From Dyella sp. (GTDB taxonomy: Bacteria > Pseudomonadota > Gammaproteobacteria > Xanthomonadales > Rhodanobacteraceae): a stretch of DNA of 64,000 bases. The notes under the pieces are model-generated. The model ran no database searches. It worked only from the letters and a program-made list of their open reading frames with translations, and was not told where the DNA came from. The stretch spans positions 768 through 64,767 of the forward strand of contig DATJMR010000084.1 in assembly GCA_035508595.1 (NCBI GenBank), written 5' to 3'. A program made the position numbers and the translations under genes. Position 1 is the first letter of the stretch, and each line of letters starts with the position of its first letter. Shown here piece after piece: positions 11,369-21,408 of this stretch.

Positions 11369-12441
11369 AATTTCTCTTCGTGGGCACCAACCCGGAAAAC
11401 ACCGGGGCCGCTACGCACTTCGTGGCGCTCGCTCAAGCGATGGTGGAGACCGGCCATCAGGTCAGCGCGGTGGTGTATCCGGGCGGTCTGATCGCCAACA
11501 GCCTCGCCACCTCGGGCGCGCGTCTATACCCGGCGAAGTTTCGCAACGTGTTCGATCTGCGCGGTTATCGTGCCACCTTGAAAGCGGCGCGCGAGCTTCG
11601 CCCGGATTGGTTGGTCGGCAACTTCGGCAAGGAATATTGGCCGTTGATTCTCCTCAGCCGCATGCTGGGCATCCCGGTCGCGCTGTTCCGCCATCGCACG
11701 CCGGCGATGGGACGCCTTTCGGGCTATCTGGTGCCGCGTCTGGCGCAGCGGTTCTTCGCCGTTTCCAGTCATGCGCGGCAGGCCTATCTCGACCGCGGCG
11801 TACCACCCTCGCTGGTGCGCGTGCTGTACAACCCGGTCAACATGGCGTTGTGCAAACCCGATCCGCAACGCCGCAGCGAAATTCTGCATCAGCTGGGCAT
11901 ACCGCAAGATGCGATCGTGATCGGCTACTTCGGCCGCATCCACCACAGCAAAGGCATCTTCACCTTGCTGGACGCGCTCGACGGCGCGATGGGTCAGGAG
12001 TCGCGCTTGCATTGCCTGTGGCTGGGCCATGGCCCGGATTCGCAATGGCTGGGCGAACGCATCGAAGCGGGCTCTTTCGCCCATCGTCATCATGTGCTCG
12101 GCTGGATCGACGATGTGCATCCGTACTACAGCGCCATCTCGATGCTCGCCTTTCCCTCCATTGCCACGGAAACGTTTGGCCGCGTATCGGTGGAAGCGCA
12201 AGCGGCCTGTGCGCCGGTATTGGGCAGCAACATCGGCGGTGTGCCTGAAACGCTTTGCCCCAATGTCTCCGGCTTGCTGTTGCCGCCCGGCCATGTCGCC
12301 GCGTGGCGCAACGCGATTTTGAAAATGTGCGAATCGGAAGTCCGCGAACCGATGGGCATTGCCGCACGTGATTTCGTGGACCGCCACTTCAGCACGCGCG
12401 TGATCGCGGATGAATTCGTGCGGATACTGAGCGACGGCTAG
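11365..12441 (+). CDS. Glycosyltransferase family 4
   Basis: GYFGRIHHSKG and ETFGRVSVEA (EX7E); ATGA overlap with the upstream stop. Confidence 0.9.
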   Translation: MKFLFVGTNPENTGAATHFVALAQAMVETGHQVSAVVYPGGLIANSLATSGARLYPAKFRNVFDLRGYRATLKAARELRPDWLVGNFGKEYWPLILLSRMLGIPVALFRHRTPAMGRLSGYLVPRLAQRFFAVSSHARQAYLDRGVPPSLVRVLYNPVNMALCKPDPQRRSEILHQLGIPQDAIVIGYFGRIHHSKGIFTLLDALDGAMGQESRLHCLWLGHGPDSQWLGERIEAGSFAHRHHVLGWIDDVHPYYSAISMLAFPSIATETFGRVSVEAQAACAPVLGSNIGGVPETLCPNVSGLLLPPGHVAAWRNAILKMCESEVREPMGIAARDFVDRHFSTRVIADEFVRILSDG

Positions 12442-13193
12442 CGTGTTGACCTGCGCGCCTCGTACAACTTGGCATACTTCAGAAATACGTAGTAAGCACC
12501 CAGCACGCTGGCGATAAACCCCGCCCAGCCGCTTAGAAAATAGCGTTTGAACACGAACTGTCGCAAAAAGAACAGCGGCGGATAAACCACCATGCGAATG
12601 CCGGTGAATTGTTGGCCGCGCCGCAGTTTGTGCACCACCATGCCGCTGCTGTAGCGGTTGATTTTTTCCACCCGCGTGGCGATATCGCCATCGCCATTGT
12701 TGACAAAGTCGGCGCCCCATAGCGTTTTGGTCGGGCCGCGCACTTCTACCGCCGAATGCACTTCCACATCGTTCATCGCGCCGTGCTTGCGGTTGAACAA
12801 CCGCAGATGGCCGTTGCGATGGCTCCAGCGGTGCTGCACCGTCCAGAACATGCGCTCACGCCGCGGCAGACGGAAACCCGCATGCTTGGGATCGTCCAGC
12901 GCGCGCTCGATGATGGCGCGCGTGCCGGGCGAAAGAATTTCGTCCGCATCGAGGTTCAATATCCAGTCGTTGCGCGCCAGTTCGTAGGCGCGTTGCTTTT
13001 GCGGACCGTAGTCGTCGAAAGGATGCGCTTCCACGCGTGCACCATGCATGCGCGCAATGGCGACCGTACTGTCGGTGGAACCGGAATCGAGCACGATGAT
13101 TTCGTCGACCCAATCCACCTCGCGCAGGCAGGTATCGAGCGTGTCGGCGTTGTTGTAGGTAATCACCACCACCGAGAGCGGTTCACGCGCCAT
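12438..13193 (-). CDS. Glycosyltransferase family 2 (LPS core, WaaE/KdtX-like)
   Basis: LSVVVITYN, LDSGSTD and WILNLDADE. Confidence 0.92.
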   Translation of the reverse strand: MAREPLSVVVITYNNADTLDTCLREVDWVDEIIVLDSGSTDSTVAIARMHGARVEAHPFDDYGPQKQRAYELARNDWILNLDADEILSPGTRAIIERALDDPKHAGFRLPRRERMFWTVQHRWSHRNGHLRLFNRKHGAMNDVEVHSAVEVRGPTKTLWGADFVNNGDGDIATRVEKINRYSSGMVVHKLRRGQQFTGIRMVVYPPLFFLRQFVFKRYFLSGWAGFIASVLGAYYVFLKYAKLYEARRSTR

Positions 13194-14442
13194 CGCCCGG
13201 CTCCTTCGTCACGACAAACAGCACGGCACACCATACTCCCAGCAGCCATGCAAATAGCAAACCCCACCACGCCGAATAGAAGGCCAGATGGGAATTGAAC
13301 GGAAACAACATCGCCACGAGCGATACCGTTGCCGGAAAGGCCGCGCTGCGCCCGATCTTGCCCACACGCCGCCAGGCACGCCATGCGACCGCCACGCCCG
13401 CGAGCCACAGCAGCATGCCGACGACGCCGGTTTCGGCGAGTATTTCCAGCAGCAACTGGTGCGCATGACACGCGCCCATGCCTTCGCCGCAATTCTCGCC
13501 CACGGTGAAATGGTCACCCGGCGGGGCGTACTGCGGATAGGCGTAACGGAATCCGCGCACGCCCACGCCCATCAACGGATGCGCCTGGATCATGCGGAAT
13601 GTGGTTCGCCAGATGTCCAGACGCCCCGTCGCGGCTTCGTTGACGGCTTGCTCGTTGCCGCCTAGCGCCATCAGCGTGCGTTGCATGCGCGCATCGAAGC
13701 GCTCGGAGGTTTTCCATGCGAGGCCCCCCGCCATCAGCAGCACGACCGCACCTGCGGCGCACCATGCAATAAAACGCTTGGCCGAACCGGCCTCGCGCCA
13801 CGCGAAGATCAAGATCACCAGCGCGAAGCAGATCCACGCCGAACGCGATCCGCTCAACATCACCGGCCCCAACAGCAGCGCGAAGGCCGCGATCAGTCCG
13901 CGCAAACCCCAGCGATGTCCTGCCACCCACAACACGAAGGGCGACAACACGGCAAGCGTCGGCCCCAGCTTGGGATCGTCCGCGCCAAACAAACCGGAAA
14001 TACGCTCAGGCTCGGCATGTCCGCGCAAACTCCAGCCGCTAAGCATCTGCATCCACGCATCCAGCGCCCAAAAGGCGATCACCGCGGCGAGCGCAAGATA
14101 AAAACCTTGCACACGCTGCTCGCCGCGAAGCGCGTAGCACGCATACAGTCCTAACGGCACGTAACGCAGCAAGGCGGCGACCGTGCCCCAACTCTTGCCG
14201 GGCGCGATCGCTACGAACGAAGATAGCAACGCCGCACCGATGTAGCAGCCCAACAAGGCAAGCAGCAAGCGGGCCGCGGGCCGCTTCACCATTGCCGCGC
14301 CATCGCCGTGCCACGCGACGGCCGCACCGATCAGACATAGAAACGTACCCAGCTCCGCGCTGCGCCCGAACGGCAACAGCACAATCACCAGCCACAACGG
14401 CAGCAGCGGCGAACGGGCGAGGTTTTTCGGCGAGAAGGCCAT
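13183..14442 (-). CDS. waaL: O-antigen ligase family protein
   Basis: Multi-TM protein with LSGSRSAW, GRLDIW..HPLMGVG and HAHQLLLEILAETG. Confidence 0.85.
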   Translation of the reverse strand: MAFSPKNLARSPLLPLWLVIVLLPFGRSAELGTFLCLIGAAVAWHGDGAAMVKRPAARLLLALLGCYIGAALLSSFVAIAPGKSWGTVAALLRYVPLGLYACYALRGEQRVQGFYLALAAVIAFWALDAWMQMLSGWSLRGHAEPERISGLFGADDPKLGPTLAVLSPFVLWVAGHRWGLRGLIAAFALLLGPVMLSGSRSAWICFALVILIFAWREAGSAKRFIAWCAAGAVVLLMAGGLAWKTSERFDARMQRTLMALGGNEQAVNEAATGRLDIWRTTFRMIQAHPLMGVGVRGFRYAYPQYAPPGDHFTVGENCGEGMGACHAHQLLLEILAETGVVGMLLWLAGVAVAWRAWRRVGKIGRSAAFPATVSLVAMLFPFNSHLAFYSAWWGLLFAWLLGVWCAVLFVVTKEPGDGA

Positions 14443-14502
14443 GCCAGATCCACGACGGGGGTTCTGGCATTGTAGGCGAGGCCGAGGAACAGCCGGCGCG
14501 AG

Positions 14503-15627
14503 TTAGGCGGCCACTTCCTCGTAAAGCGCCAGCGCCGCATGCTGCATGTCGATCAGCCGATAGCGCTGCAGCGGTGGAATGGGCGGCGCGACGCGCAACA
14601 ATTCGGCAGCACGCTCGACCAGGCGTTCGTGATCGCCGGGCGGTACGCGGCCGGCAGGATAGAGCTCGGCCAGCAATTCGCCGACGCCTCCGTGCGCATA
14701 GCCCAATACAGGGCGGCACAGCGAAAGCGCTTCCACCACGGTGCGACCGAAAGCTTCCGGCTTGTTCGAGAGCTGCAGCACCAGTGCGGACATCGCGTAG
14801 ATGTCGCGCACGTCGTCGCGCGGCGGCGTCATCACTACCAGATCGGTCACGCCGCGACCCTTGATCAGCGCTTGCAGCTCTTGCACATAGGCTTCGCGGC
14901 CCGGCTGGATGACACCCAGCAGCATCAGCCGCGTATCGATGCCGCGCTGCTTGAGTTCGGCGACCAGCTCGATCGCGTCGTGATGGCCCTTCAGGCGCGT
15001 CCCCCGACCGGGCAAGGTAAGCAGCGGGGCACCGGCGAGGTTGGGAAATTCGTTGAAGAAGGCTTTCTGCCAGGTCTCGTCGGGACGATGGCCGTACGGA
15101 AACGCCTCCGGATCGATGCCGCGCGGCACGATGCGAATGCGCGTGGTATCGAGTTTCCCGTAGTGACTGATGAGGTAATCGCGCACCGTCTGTGAAACGA
15201 CCACGATGCGCTCGCCACGCAGCATGATGGCGCTATAGCGCCCGGGCGAATTGAGCCCATGCACAGTGGTGATGAAATGCGGCCGGGGCGAGAGGCCCTT
15301 GAGCGCCCACCAACCCATCCAGGCAGGCAGACGGGAACGAACATGAACGACATCCGGCCGCAGCTCGCGAAGCTTGCGCCGCAAAGCCCCCAACCGCCAC
15401 AGCGTGGAAAGCGACTTGCGCCCGATATCCAGTGTGATGTGCTCGCTGCCCTCCGATTCCAGCTGCGAAACCAGACGGCCGCCCGCCGAGATCACCACCG
15501 ACCGGTGGCCGGCTTGCACCAGGGCCCGTCCCACTTCCAGCACCGAACGCTCCGCGCCGCCCGATTGCAACGCGGGTATGAGCTGCACAACGGTCAGCGT
15601 TCTGGCCGGTGTGGCGGCAACGGACAT
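14503..15627 (-). CDS. Glycosyltransferase family 4
   Basis: LQSGGAER, HVRSRLPAW and PEAFGRTVVEA. Confidence 0.92.
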   Translation of the reverse strand: MSVAATPARTLTVVQLIPALQSGGAERSVLEVGRALVQAGHRSVVISAGGRLVSQLESEGSEHITLDIGRKSLSTLWRLGALRRKLRELRPDVVHVRSRLPAWMGWWALKGLSPRPHFITTVHGLNSPGRYSAIMLRGERIVVVSQTVRDYLISHYGKLDTTRIRIVPRGIDPEAFPYGHRPDETWQKAFFNEFPNLAGAPLLTLPGRGTRLKGHHDAIELVAELKQRGIDTRLMLLGVIQPGREAYVQELQALIKGRGVTDLVVMTPPRDDVRDIYAMSALVLQLSNKPEAFGRTVVEALSLCRPVLGYAHGGVGELLAELYPAGRVPPGDHERLVERAAELLRVAPPIPPLQRYRLIDMQHAALALYEEVAA

Positions 15628-15713
15628 GATTCCCTCATTCGCGACTCTCATTCGAGAAAACCAAGCACCAATCGTGCCGATGGTGCGGCTTCACGAAAGG
15701 TGGCGACGGTTAA

Positions 15714-15920
15714 TTAGTCGCGCAGGACGTAATGTGCGCCGCAGTAAGGACATACGGACTCGCCGCCATCCTCGACGATGGGCAAATAGACCTTCGGATG
15801 TGAATTCCACAGCGCCATGCCGGGCATCGGACAGGACAGCGGCAGGTCCGAACGCGTCACTTCGTAACGATTTTCGGCATTCGCCAAGATGGGCGTGACG
15901 GCGGCAGAGGAACCCGACAT
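15714..15920 (-). CDS. Zinc-finger (zf-CHCC) protein
   Basis: DLPLSCP...WNSHPKVYL...CPYCG. Confidence 0.88.
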   Translation of the reverse strand: MSGSSAAVTPILANAENRYEVTRSDLPLSCPMPGMALWNSHPKVYLPIVEDGGESVCPYCGAHYVLRD

Positions 15921-16065
15921 GGGCTGTTGCTCCGGGTAAGACTGTGGGGCCGAGCATGTTAGCAGGCCCACGCTTTTTACGGTTGCGCTCGACCGACTGG
16001 TTCAGCTTGCCGCAAGGGTGCCTCGACATCGTACGAGGCACCCACCGCAGCGGAAACCAAGCGCC

Positions 16066-16656
16066 TTATTGCGCGCCAGCCTTCGGCACCGAGCCCTCGG
16101 TGGTGATGTGCAGCTGGATTTCATCGCTCACGTTCGGCACATAGGCACCCAGGCCAAAATCTTTACGCATCAGCGTGCCGGTGGCATTGAAGCCAATGGC
16201 TTGCTGACCGGTCATGGGATGCTTGCCGACGTTGTTCAACGTCGCATCCAGCACCACCGGCTTGGTGACGCCGTGCACGGTGAGATCGCCGGTGATCTTG
16301 AAGTGTTTGCCGCCGAGCGGCTGCACGCTCGTGCTCTTGAAGGTGATGTTCGGATACTGCTCGGCGTTGAAGAAATCCGGCTCCTTCAGATGCTTGTCGA
16401 GCGCCGGCACATGCGTGTCCAGATTGCTCAGCGGCATGGTCACATCCACCGAGGACTTGGACGGATTCTGCTCATCGAACACCACCGTGCCATTGGAAAT
16501 ACCGATATCGGCTGTGGGATTGGAGAAACCGAAATGGCTCCAGCTGAACAACACCATGGTGTGATTCGGATCGAGCTTGTAGGTCACCGGGGCGGCCTGA
16601 GCCGACAACGCCGCGCCAAGCAATCCGGCCAGCATTAGGTAGCGAAGAGTACGCAT
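16066..16656 (-). CDS. YceI family periplasmic protein
   Basis: Signal peptide, YKLDPNHT, HLKEPDFFNAEQYPNITF and GDLTVHGVTKPV. Confidence 0.93.
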   Translation of the reverse strand: MRTLRYLMLAGLLGAALSAQAAPVTYKLDPNHTMVLFSWSHFGFSNPTADIGISNGTVVFDEQNPSKSSVDVTMPLSNLDTHVPALDKHLKEPDFFNAEQYPNITFKSTSVQPLGGKHFKITGDLTVHGVTKPVVLDATLNNVGKHPMTGQQAIGFNATGTLMRKDFGLGAYVPNVSDEIQLHITTEGSVPKAGAQ

Positions 16657-16768
16657 GAAAAATCTCCTGCTTTTCATCGATGGGTTAAGGGGTTGTTTTC
16701 TCACCTGCAACAGGATCGCTTGTGCAGCATAACCGTCGGCGATCCCGCGGAAAAACCGCGGCGCCGCG

Positions 16769-17362
16769 TTATTCCACGCGAACGGCTTCGTCAAACGACA
16801 GTCGCGGGCTGCGCGGGAAAAGGTCGCGACTGGCATCGCCGTAGCCGATGTTGATCAAGAAGTTCGACTTGATCGTCGTACCGGCGAAAAACGCCTCATC
16901 CACACCGGCGTTGTCGAAGCCCGACATGGGGCCGCAATCCAAGCCGAGCGAGCGCGCGGCCATGATCACGTAAGCGCCCTGCAGCGTGGCGTTGCGAAAC
17001 GCCGTGGTATCGGCCAACGCCTGATTGCCGGCAAACCAGCTGCGCGCATCCGCATGCGGAAACAGCTTCGGCAGATGCTCGAAGAACGCGTGATCGTTGG
17101 CCACGATCGCGGTCACCGGCGCGGCCATGGTCTTGGCGCGATTGCCTTCGGAAAGAAACGGCTTGAGCTTTTCCTTCGCGGCTGCGGACTTTACGAACAC
17201 CAGCCGCATCGGCGAGGAGTTGGCGCTGGTCGGGCCGAACTTCGCCAGTTCGTACAGCGCATGCAATTGCTCGTTGCTCACTTCCTTGGGGAGGAAGGCG
17301 TTATAGGTGCGCGCCGTACGGAACAACTGATCCAGGGCTGCCTCGGCAAGCTTCTCGCTCAT
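16769..17362 (-). CDS. Malonic semialdehyde reductase RutE-like nitroreductase
   Basis: [38 protein letters not shown] and PRLSFDE. Confidence 0.9.
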   Translation of the reverse strand: MSEKLAEAALDQLFRTARTYNAFLPKEVSNEQLHALYELAKFGPTSANSSPMRLVFVKSAAAKEKLKPFLSEGNRAKTMAAPVTAIVANDHAFFEHLPKLFPHADARSWFAGNQALADTTAFRNATLQGAYVIMAARSLGLDCGPMSGFDNAGVDEAFFAGTTIKSNFLINIGYGDASRDLFPRSPRLSFDEAVRVE

Positions 17363-17466
17363 GGGTATCCTCACGCGTGACGAAAGACTCGCCCCCACCG
17401 GGGCGATATGAACGTAGAGTGTAAGCGCAAGCCGGATGAATCATCGACGACGGAGGCGAACGTACT

Positions 17467-18474
17467 GTGCACGATCCGGCAACAATCAGCTCGCCAGGGC
17501 AGGATGCGCTACCGCGGCTGCAAGGCGAATGCTGGGCGATCACCGACCTGGCGGCCGGCAATCAACGGCAGGCGCTGGCCCTGGCGGAACAGATGGACAT
17601 GCCGGTGCGACACCTCGTTTTGTCGCCGCGCGCGCCATGGTCGTGGCTGTCGCCGCGCATGACATGGGGTGGCCGCCTGGCCCTTCCCGCTTCGCAACGC
17701 GCCATGTTCGCACCACCCTGGCCGCGCATCGCCATCGGCTGCGGGCGCAGCGCGGCATTGCTGACGCGCATGCTGCGCACGCTGACGGAAGGCTGCTGCC
17801 ATACCGTGCAGATTCTCGATCCGCGTGTCGATCCCGCCCATTGGGACACCGTCATCGCACCGCGCCACGACGGCCTGGCCGGCGCCAATGTGCTCAACCC
17901 CTTGGGTTCGTTGAACCCGGTCGACGAGGCATGGCTGCAAGACGGCCGCGAGGCCAGCCCGGCCTTGAACGATCTGCCGCGGCCCCGCGTGGGCGTGTTG
18001 CTGGGCGGTCCGCGTACCGGCATTGGTATCGATGCCAACTATGCGCAGCGCCTGGTCGAACAATTGCTCGCCCGGCGGCGGCGCGAAGGCGGAAGTTTGA
18101 TGGTGCTGGCGTCGCGCCGCACACCCGCCGCGGTCGTGGAAGTAACGCGCAACGCACTGCGCGGCACCCCCGGCTTGATCTGGGCCGGGCCCGAGGAGGG
18201 CATCAATCCTTATCCCGGCGTGCTGGGCTGGGCGGATCGGCTGGTCGTTACGCCCGATTCGGTCAACATGCTCAGCGAAGCATGCGCCGTCGGTTGCCCG
18301 GTGCACACGTTCGTTGCCGGCACCTTGCCGCCAAAACTCGCGCGCTTTCATCAGAGCTTGCGAGCGGCTGGCCTATTACATGATATGAACGAGGATTCAC
18401 CCGCCACGCAAACGCCGCTGCGCGAAACGGCGACGATTGCCGATGCATTGCGCAAACGCTTGCTCGCATCGTAA
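17467..18474 (+). CDS. ELM1/GtrOC1-like (mitochondrial fission ELM1 family) protein
   Basis: WAITD..AGN.RQA, VQILDP, NPYPGVLGWAD and VTPDSVNMLSEA. Confidence 0.88.
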   Translation: MHDPATISSPGQDALPRLQGECWAITDLAAGNQRQALALAEQMDMPVRHLVLSPRAPWSWLSPRMTWGGRLALPASQRAMFAPPWPRIAIGCGRSAALLTRMLRTLTEGCCHTVQILDPRVDPAHWDTVIAPRHDGLAGANVLNPLGSLNPVDEAWLQDGREASPALNDLPRPRVGVLLGGPRTGIGIDANYAQRLVEQLLARRRREGGSLMVLASRRTPAAVVEVTRNALRGTPGLIWAGPEEGINPYPGVLGWADRLVVTPDSVNMLSEACAVGCPVHTFVAGTLPPKLARFHQSLRAAGLLHDMNEDSPATQTPLRETATIADALRKRLLAS

Positions 18475-18494
18475 ACGCCCAGGATGCGCGCTGT

Positions 18495-21347
18495 TCAAAA
18501 ATCGAACCCAAGCGCCCGCGTCACCACGCCAACTTCGCCGCACCATTCATCCAGCTCTGCGTCGCGTGGCGCAATGCGCGAGCGCAAGTCCAACGTGCAC
18601 AGCAACGCGCGACGCAGCAAGTGGGCATGCGCGCGCGAGAAACAGTTGGCTTGTGCCGTATCCAGCAGACCTTCGTTGCGGCACAGCTCGATCAATCCGG
18701 CATTGGCCGTCGTCGACAGCAGATGGGGCGATTTGGCCGCGTGCGCCAGCACCAAACCTTGCAAGGCGAATTCGATATCCAAAAGGCCGCCATGCCCTTG
18801 CTTGAGATCGACCTGCGCGGCATCCGAACGATCACGCTCCGCACGCCAGCGCTGTCGCATGCTGCTTACTTCGGCAAGCACCGCCACGCGCTCGCGCGGC
18901 ACGGCCAGCGTGCGGCGGCGCACGTCGCCGAGCTCCGAATTCAGCACGGCATCGCCCGCCACGGGACGCGCGCGCAACAGCGCCTGATGCTCCCATGTCC
19001 ACGCCCGGCTTTCCTGATACGCGACAAACGCATCCAGGGTGCCGACCAGCAAACCCTTGGAGCCGTCCGGACGCAAGCGCGTATCCACCTCGTACAAACG
19101 CCCGGCACGCGTGAGCACCGTCAACCAATTCATGACGCGCTGCGTCAGGCGCTGATACCAACGCGAACCTTCCAGCGGGCGCGGACCATCGCTCATGGCT
19201 TGCGCACGCTGGCCGTCGAAGACGAACACCAGATCCAGATCGGACGCAAAACCGAGTTCTTCTCCACCCAAGCTGCCGTAGCCCAGCACCGAAAAACCCG
19301 AGCCTTTACCGGGCAATCGGCCATGCGCGGCGATGACTTCGCGTTCGGCCAATGCCGCCACCGCATTGACCACGGCTTCGGCCAAGGCGGCGAGCCGGCG
19401 TGCCGTGGCGACGGCATCGGCGCGACCGTCGTTGAAGGCAAGGCCCAATCGAAACGCGATACTGGATTTGAATTCGTTGATGCGCTCCAGCTCGGCCTCG
19501 GCTTCGCGCTCGTCCAGCGTGGTAAGCACGTGCGCGATTTCCGCGCTGATATCGGCACGCTTGAGCGGCAACTGATCGATGCGCGGATCGAGCACGTCGT
19601 CGAGCAACAACGGTTGCGCAATGACACGCTCGGCAAGAAACGCGCTATCGGCGAACAGTTGGGCGAGTCGCTTTCGAGCCGACGGCTGCTCCTCCAGCAA
19701 CGCAAGATACGAAGGCCGGCGCGCCACCGCTTGCACCAGGCGGCACAGCCGCAACAAGCACGCCACGGGCGCCGCCGTGTCGTGTGCGGCAGCGAGCAAT
19801 TGCGGCATCAAATGATCCAGTTGCTCGCGCGCGCGCGCCGACATCGCACGCAACGACGCCGCCTGCGGCAGTTTGAGCAAGGCATCCAACGCCTCCCCGC
19901 CGGGAACAAAACCGGATGCTTCCAGCGCGCTCGCTTCGAGCGATTCGTCGCGCGCTTTTTTCCACAAAATAGCATCGGCGGCCGGCACCGCGGCTTTCGC
20001 GCCGCCTTCGGGCATCAGCACCGCCTCGAACTCGCTGGCGACGATATCCCGATGCTTTGCCAACTCATCCGCCAACGGCTCCCATGCCGGGTAGTCCAGC
20101 GCCAGCGCCAGCCGCTCGCGCGTCAACGGATCGTCCGGCAAGTCGTGCGTTTGCGCATCGCGCATCATCTGCACGCGGTTTTCCAGCCGCCGCAGAAACA
20201 CATACGCCTCGCGCAACGCGCGCGCGCGCGTGGCGGGAATGTGGCCGCGCGCTTCGCACGCCGTCAGCGCCGGCAAGAGTCCGCGCACGCGCAAGCTGGG
20301 TTCCCGACCGCCACGAATCAGCTGCACCAGTTGCACGATGAACTCGATTTCCCGAATGCCTCCAGGGCCGAGTTTCAGATTATCGGCCAGGTCTTTGCGC
20401 GCAACCTCGGCATCGATCAACGCCTTCATCTCGCGCAAACCGGCAAACGCGGTGTAATCGAGGTATTTGCGATACACGAACGGCCGCAGCATTTCCTGCA
20501 ATTGCTTGCCTGCGCTGCGATCGCCCGCCACGGTGCGCGCCTTGATCCACGCGTAGCGCTCCCAGTCGCGCCCTTCGCGCTGGTAATACTGCTCCATGGC
20601 GCTGAACGGCAACGCCAATCGACCCGCGTTGCCGAACGGCCGCAAGCGCAAGTCGACGCGCGCGCAGATGCCGTCGGTCGTGGGTTCGTGCAACAAGCGT
20701 ACCAATTGCCGACCCAAGCGCACGAAGTATTCGCTGTTGTCCAGTACGCGCGCGCCATCGCTCTCGCCGCCTTGCGGATACGCCAGCACCAGATCGATGT
20801 CGGAAGAAAAATTGAGCTCGCCACCGCCGAGCTTGCCGAAACCGACCACGACCAATCGCTGCAGACTGCCGTCCTCGCCACGCGGATGGCCATAGCGCAC
20901 CGCCAAATTGCGTTCGGACCAATCGAGCGCGGCACCGAGCAAGGCTTCGTAAAGCACGCTGGTGGCGGAAAGCGTTTCGGGCAGATCATCCAGCCCGTTG
21001 ACGTCGCGGAACACCAGGCGCAACGCTTCGGCGTGCCGGAACCGACGCAGCGCGGCCATGCAGACGGTTTCGTCCGTGTCGAGTTTCAGCGCGTCGATAC
21101 GCGCTGACGCGTCGCCATTCACGCGCAAGCGTTCCAAGCCCTGGGGTGACAGCAACGGCGGTTGATTGCGCCACGTCTCGAAGGCGAAGTCGCTGGCAAG
21201 CAAGGTCCGGCGAATGCGTTCGGCGACGCCGGCATCGTCGTGCAGAGGTACGCCGGCGGCGCGGCAGCGAGCCGCGAGCTGTGCGTAGCGGTCGTCGATC
21301 AAGGCCTGCAGCGCGGGAGATTCGGCGGGAAGCGAAGTCACGGTCAT
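18495..21347 (-). CDS. glnE: Glutamine synthetase adenylyltransferase/removase
   Basis: Two nucleotidyltransferase motifs, GKLGGGELNFSSDIDL and GSLGGEELGFASDLDL, plus VDLRLRP/VDTRLRP. Confidence 0.97.
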   Translation of the reverse strand: MTVTSLPAESPALQALIDDRYAQLAARCRAAGVPLHDDAGVAERIRRTLLASDFAFETWRNQPPLLSPQGLERLRVNGDASARIDALKLDTDETVCMAALRRFRHAEALRLVFRDVNGLDDLPETLSATSVLYEALLGAALDWSERNLAVRYGHPRGEDGSLQRLVVVGFGKLGGGELNFSSDIDLVLAYPQGGESDGARVLDNSEYFVRLGRQLVRLLHEPTTDGICARVDLRLRPFGNAGRLALPFSAMEQYYQREGRDWERYAWIKARTVAGDRSAGKQLQEMLRPFVYRKYLDYTAFAGLREMKALIDAEVARKDLADNLKLGPGGIREIEFIVQLVQLIRGGREPSLRVRGLLPALTACEARGHIPATRARALREAYVFLRRLENRVQMMRDAQTHDLPDDPLTRERLALALDYPAWEPLADELAKHRDIVASEFEAVLMPEGGAKAAVPAADAILWKKARDESLEASALEASGFVPGGEALDALLKLPQAASLRAMSARAREQLDHLMPQLLAAAHDTAAPVACLLRLCRLVQAVARRPSYLALLEEQPSARKRLAQLFADSAFLAERVIAQPLLLDDVLDPRIDQLPLKRADISAEIAHVLTTLDEREAEAELERINEFKSSIAFRLGLAFNDGRADAVATARRLAALAEAVVNAVAALAEREVIAAHGRLPGKGSGFSVLGYGSLGGEELGFASDLDLVFVFDGQRAQAMSDGPRPLEGSRWYQRLTQRVMNWLTVLTRAGRLYEVDTRLRPDGSKGLLVGTLDAFVAYQESRAWTWEHQALLRARPVAGDAVLNSELGDVRRRTLAVPRERVAVLAEVSSMRQRWRAERDRSDAAQVDLKQGHGGLLDIEFALQGLVLAHAAKSPHLLSTTANAGLIELCRNEGLLDTAQANCFSRAHAHLLRRALLCTLDLRSRIAPRDAELDEWCGEVGVVTRALGFDF

Positions 21348-21408
21348 AGGCCCATTATGACCATTTCATCCCGCTCTTCCGAGTTTATGCCGCTACGAAT
21401 GCACGCCT

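Noticed and set aside
18621-21107. Very long antisense ORFs (828 aa opposite glnE; also opposite thiC, groEL, accC, purH, dsbD)
   Set aside because: Typical shadow frames of high-GC genes, with no recognisable domain or RBS and full overlap with bona fide genes.
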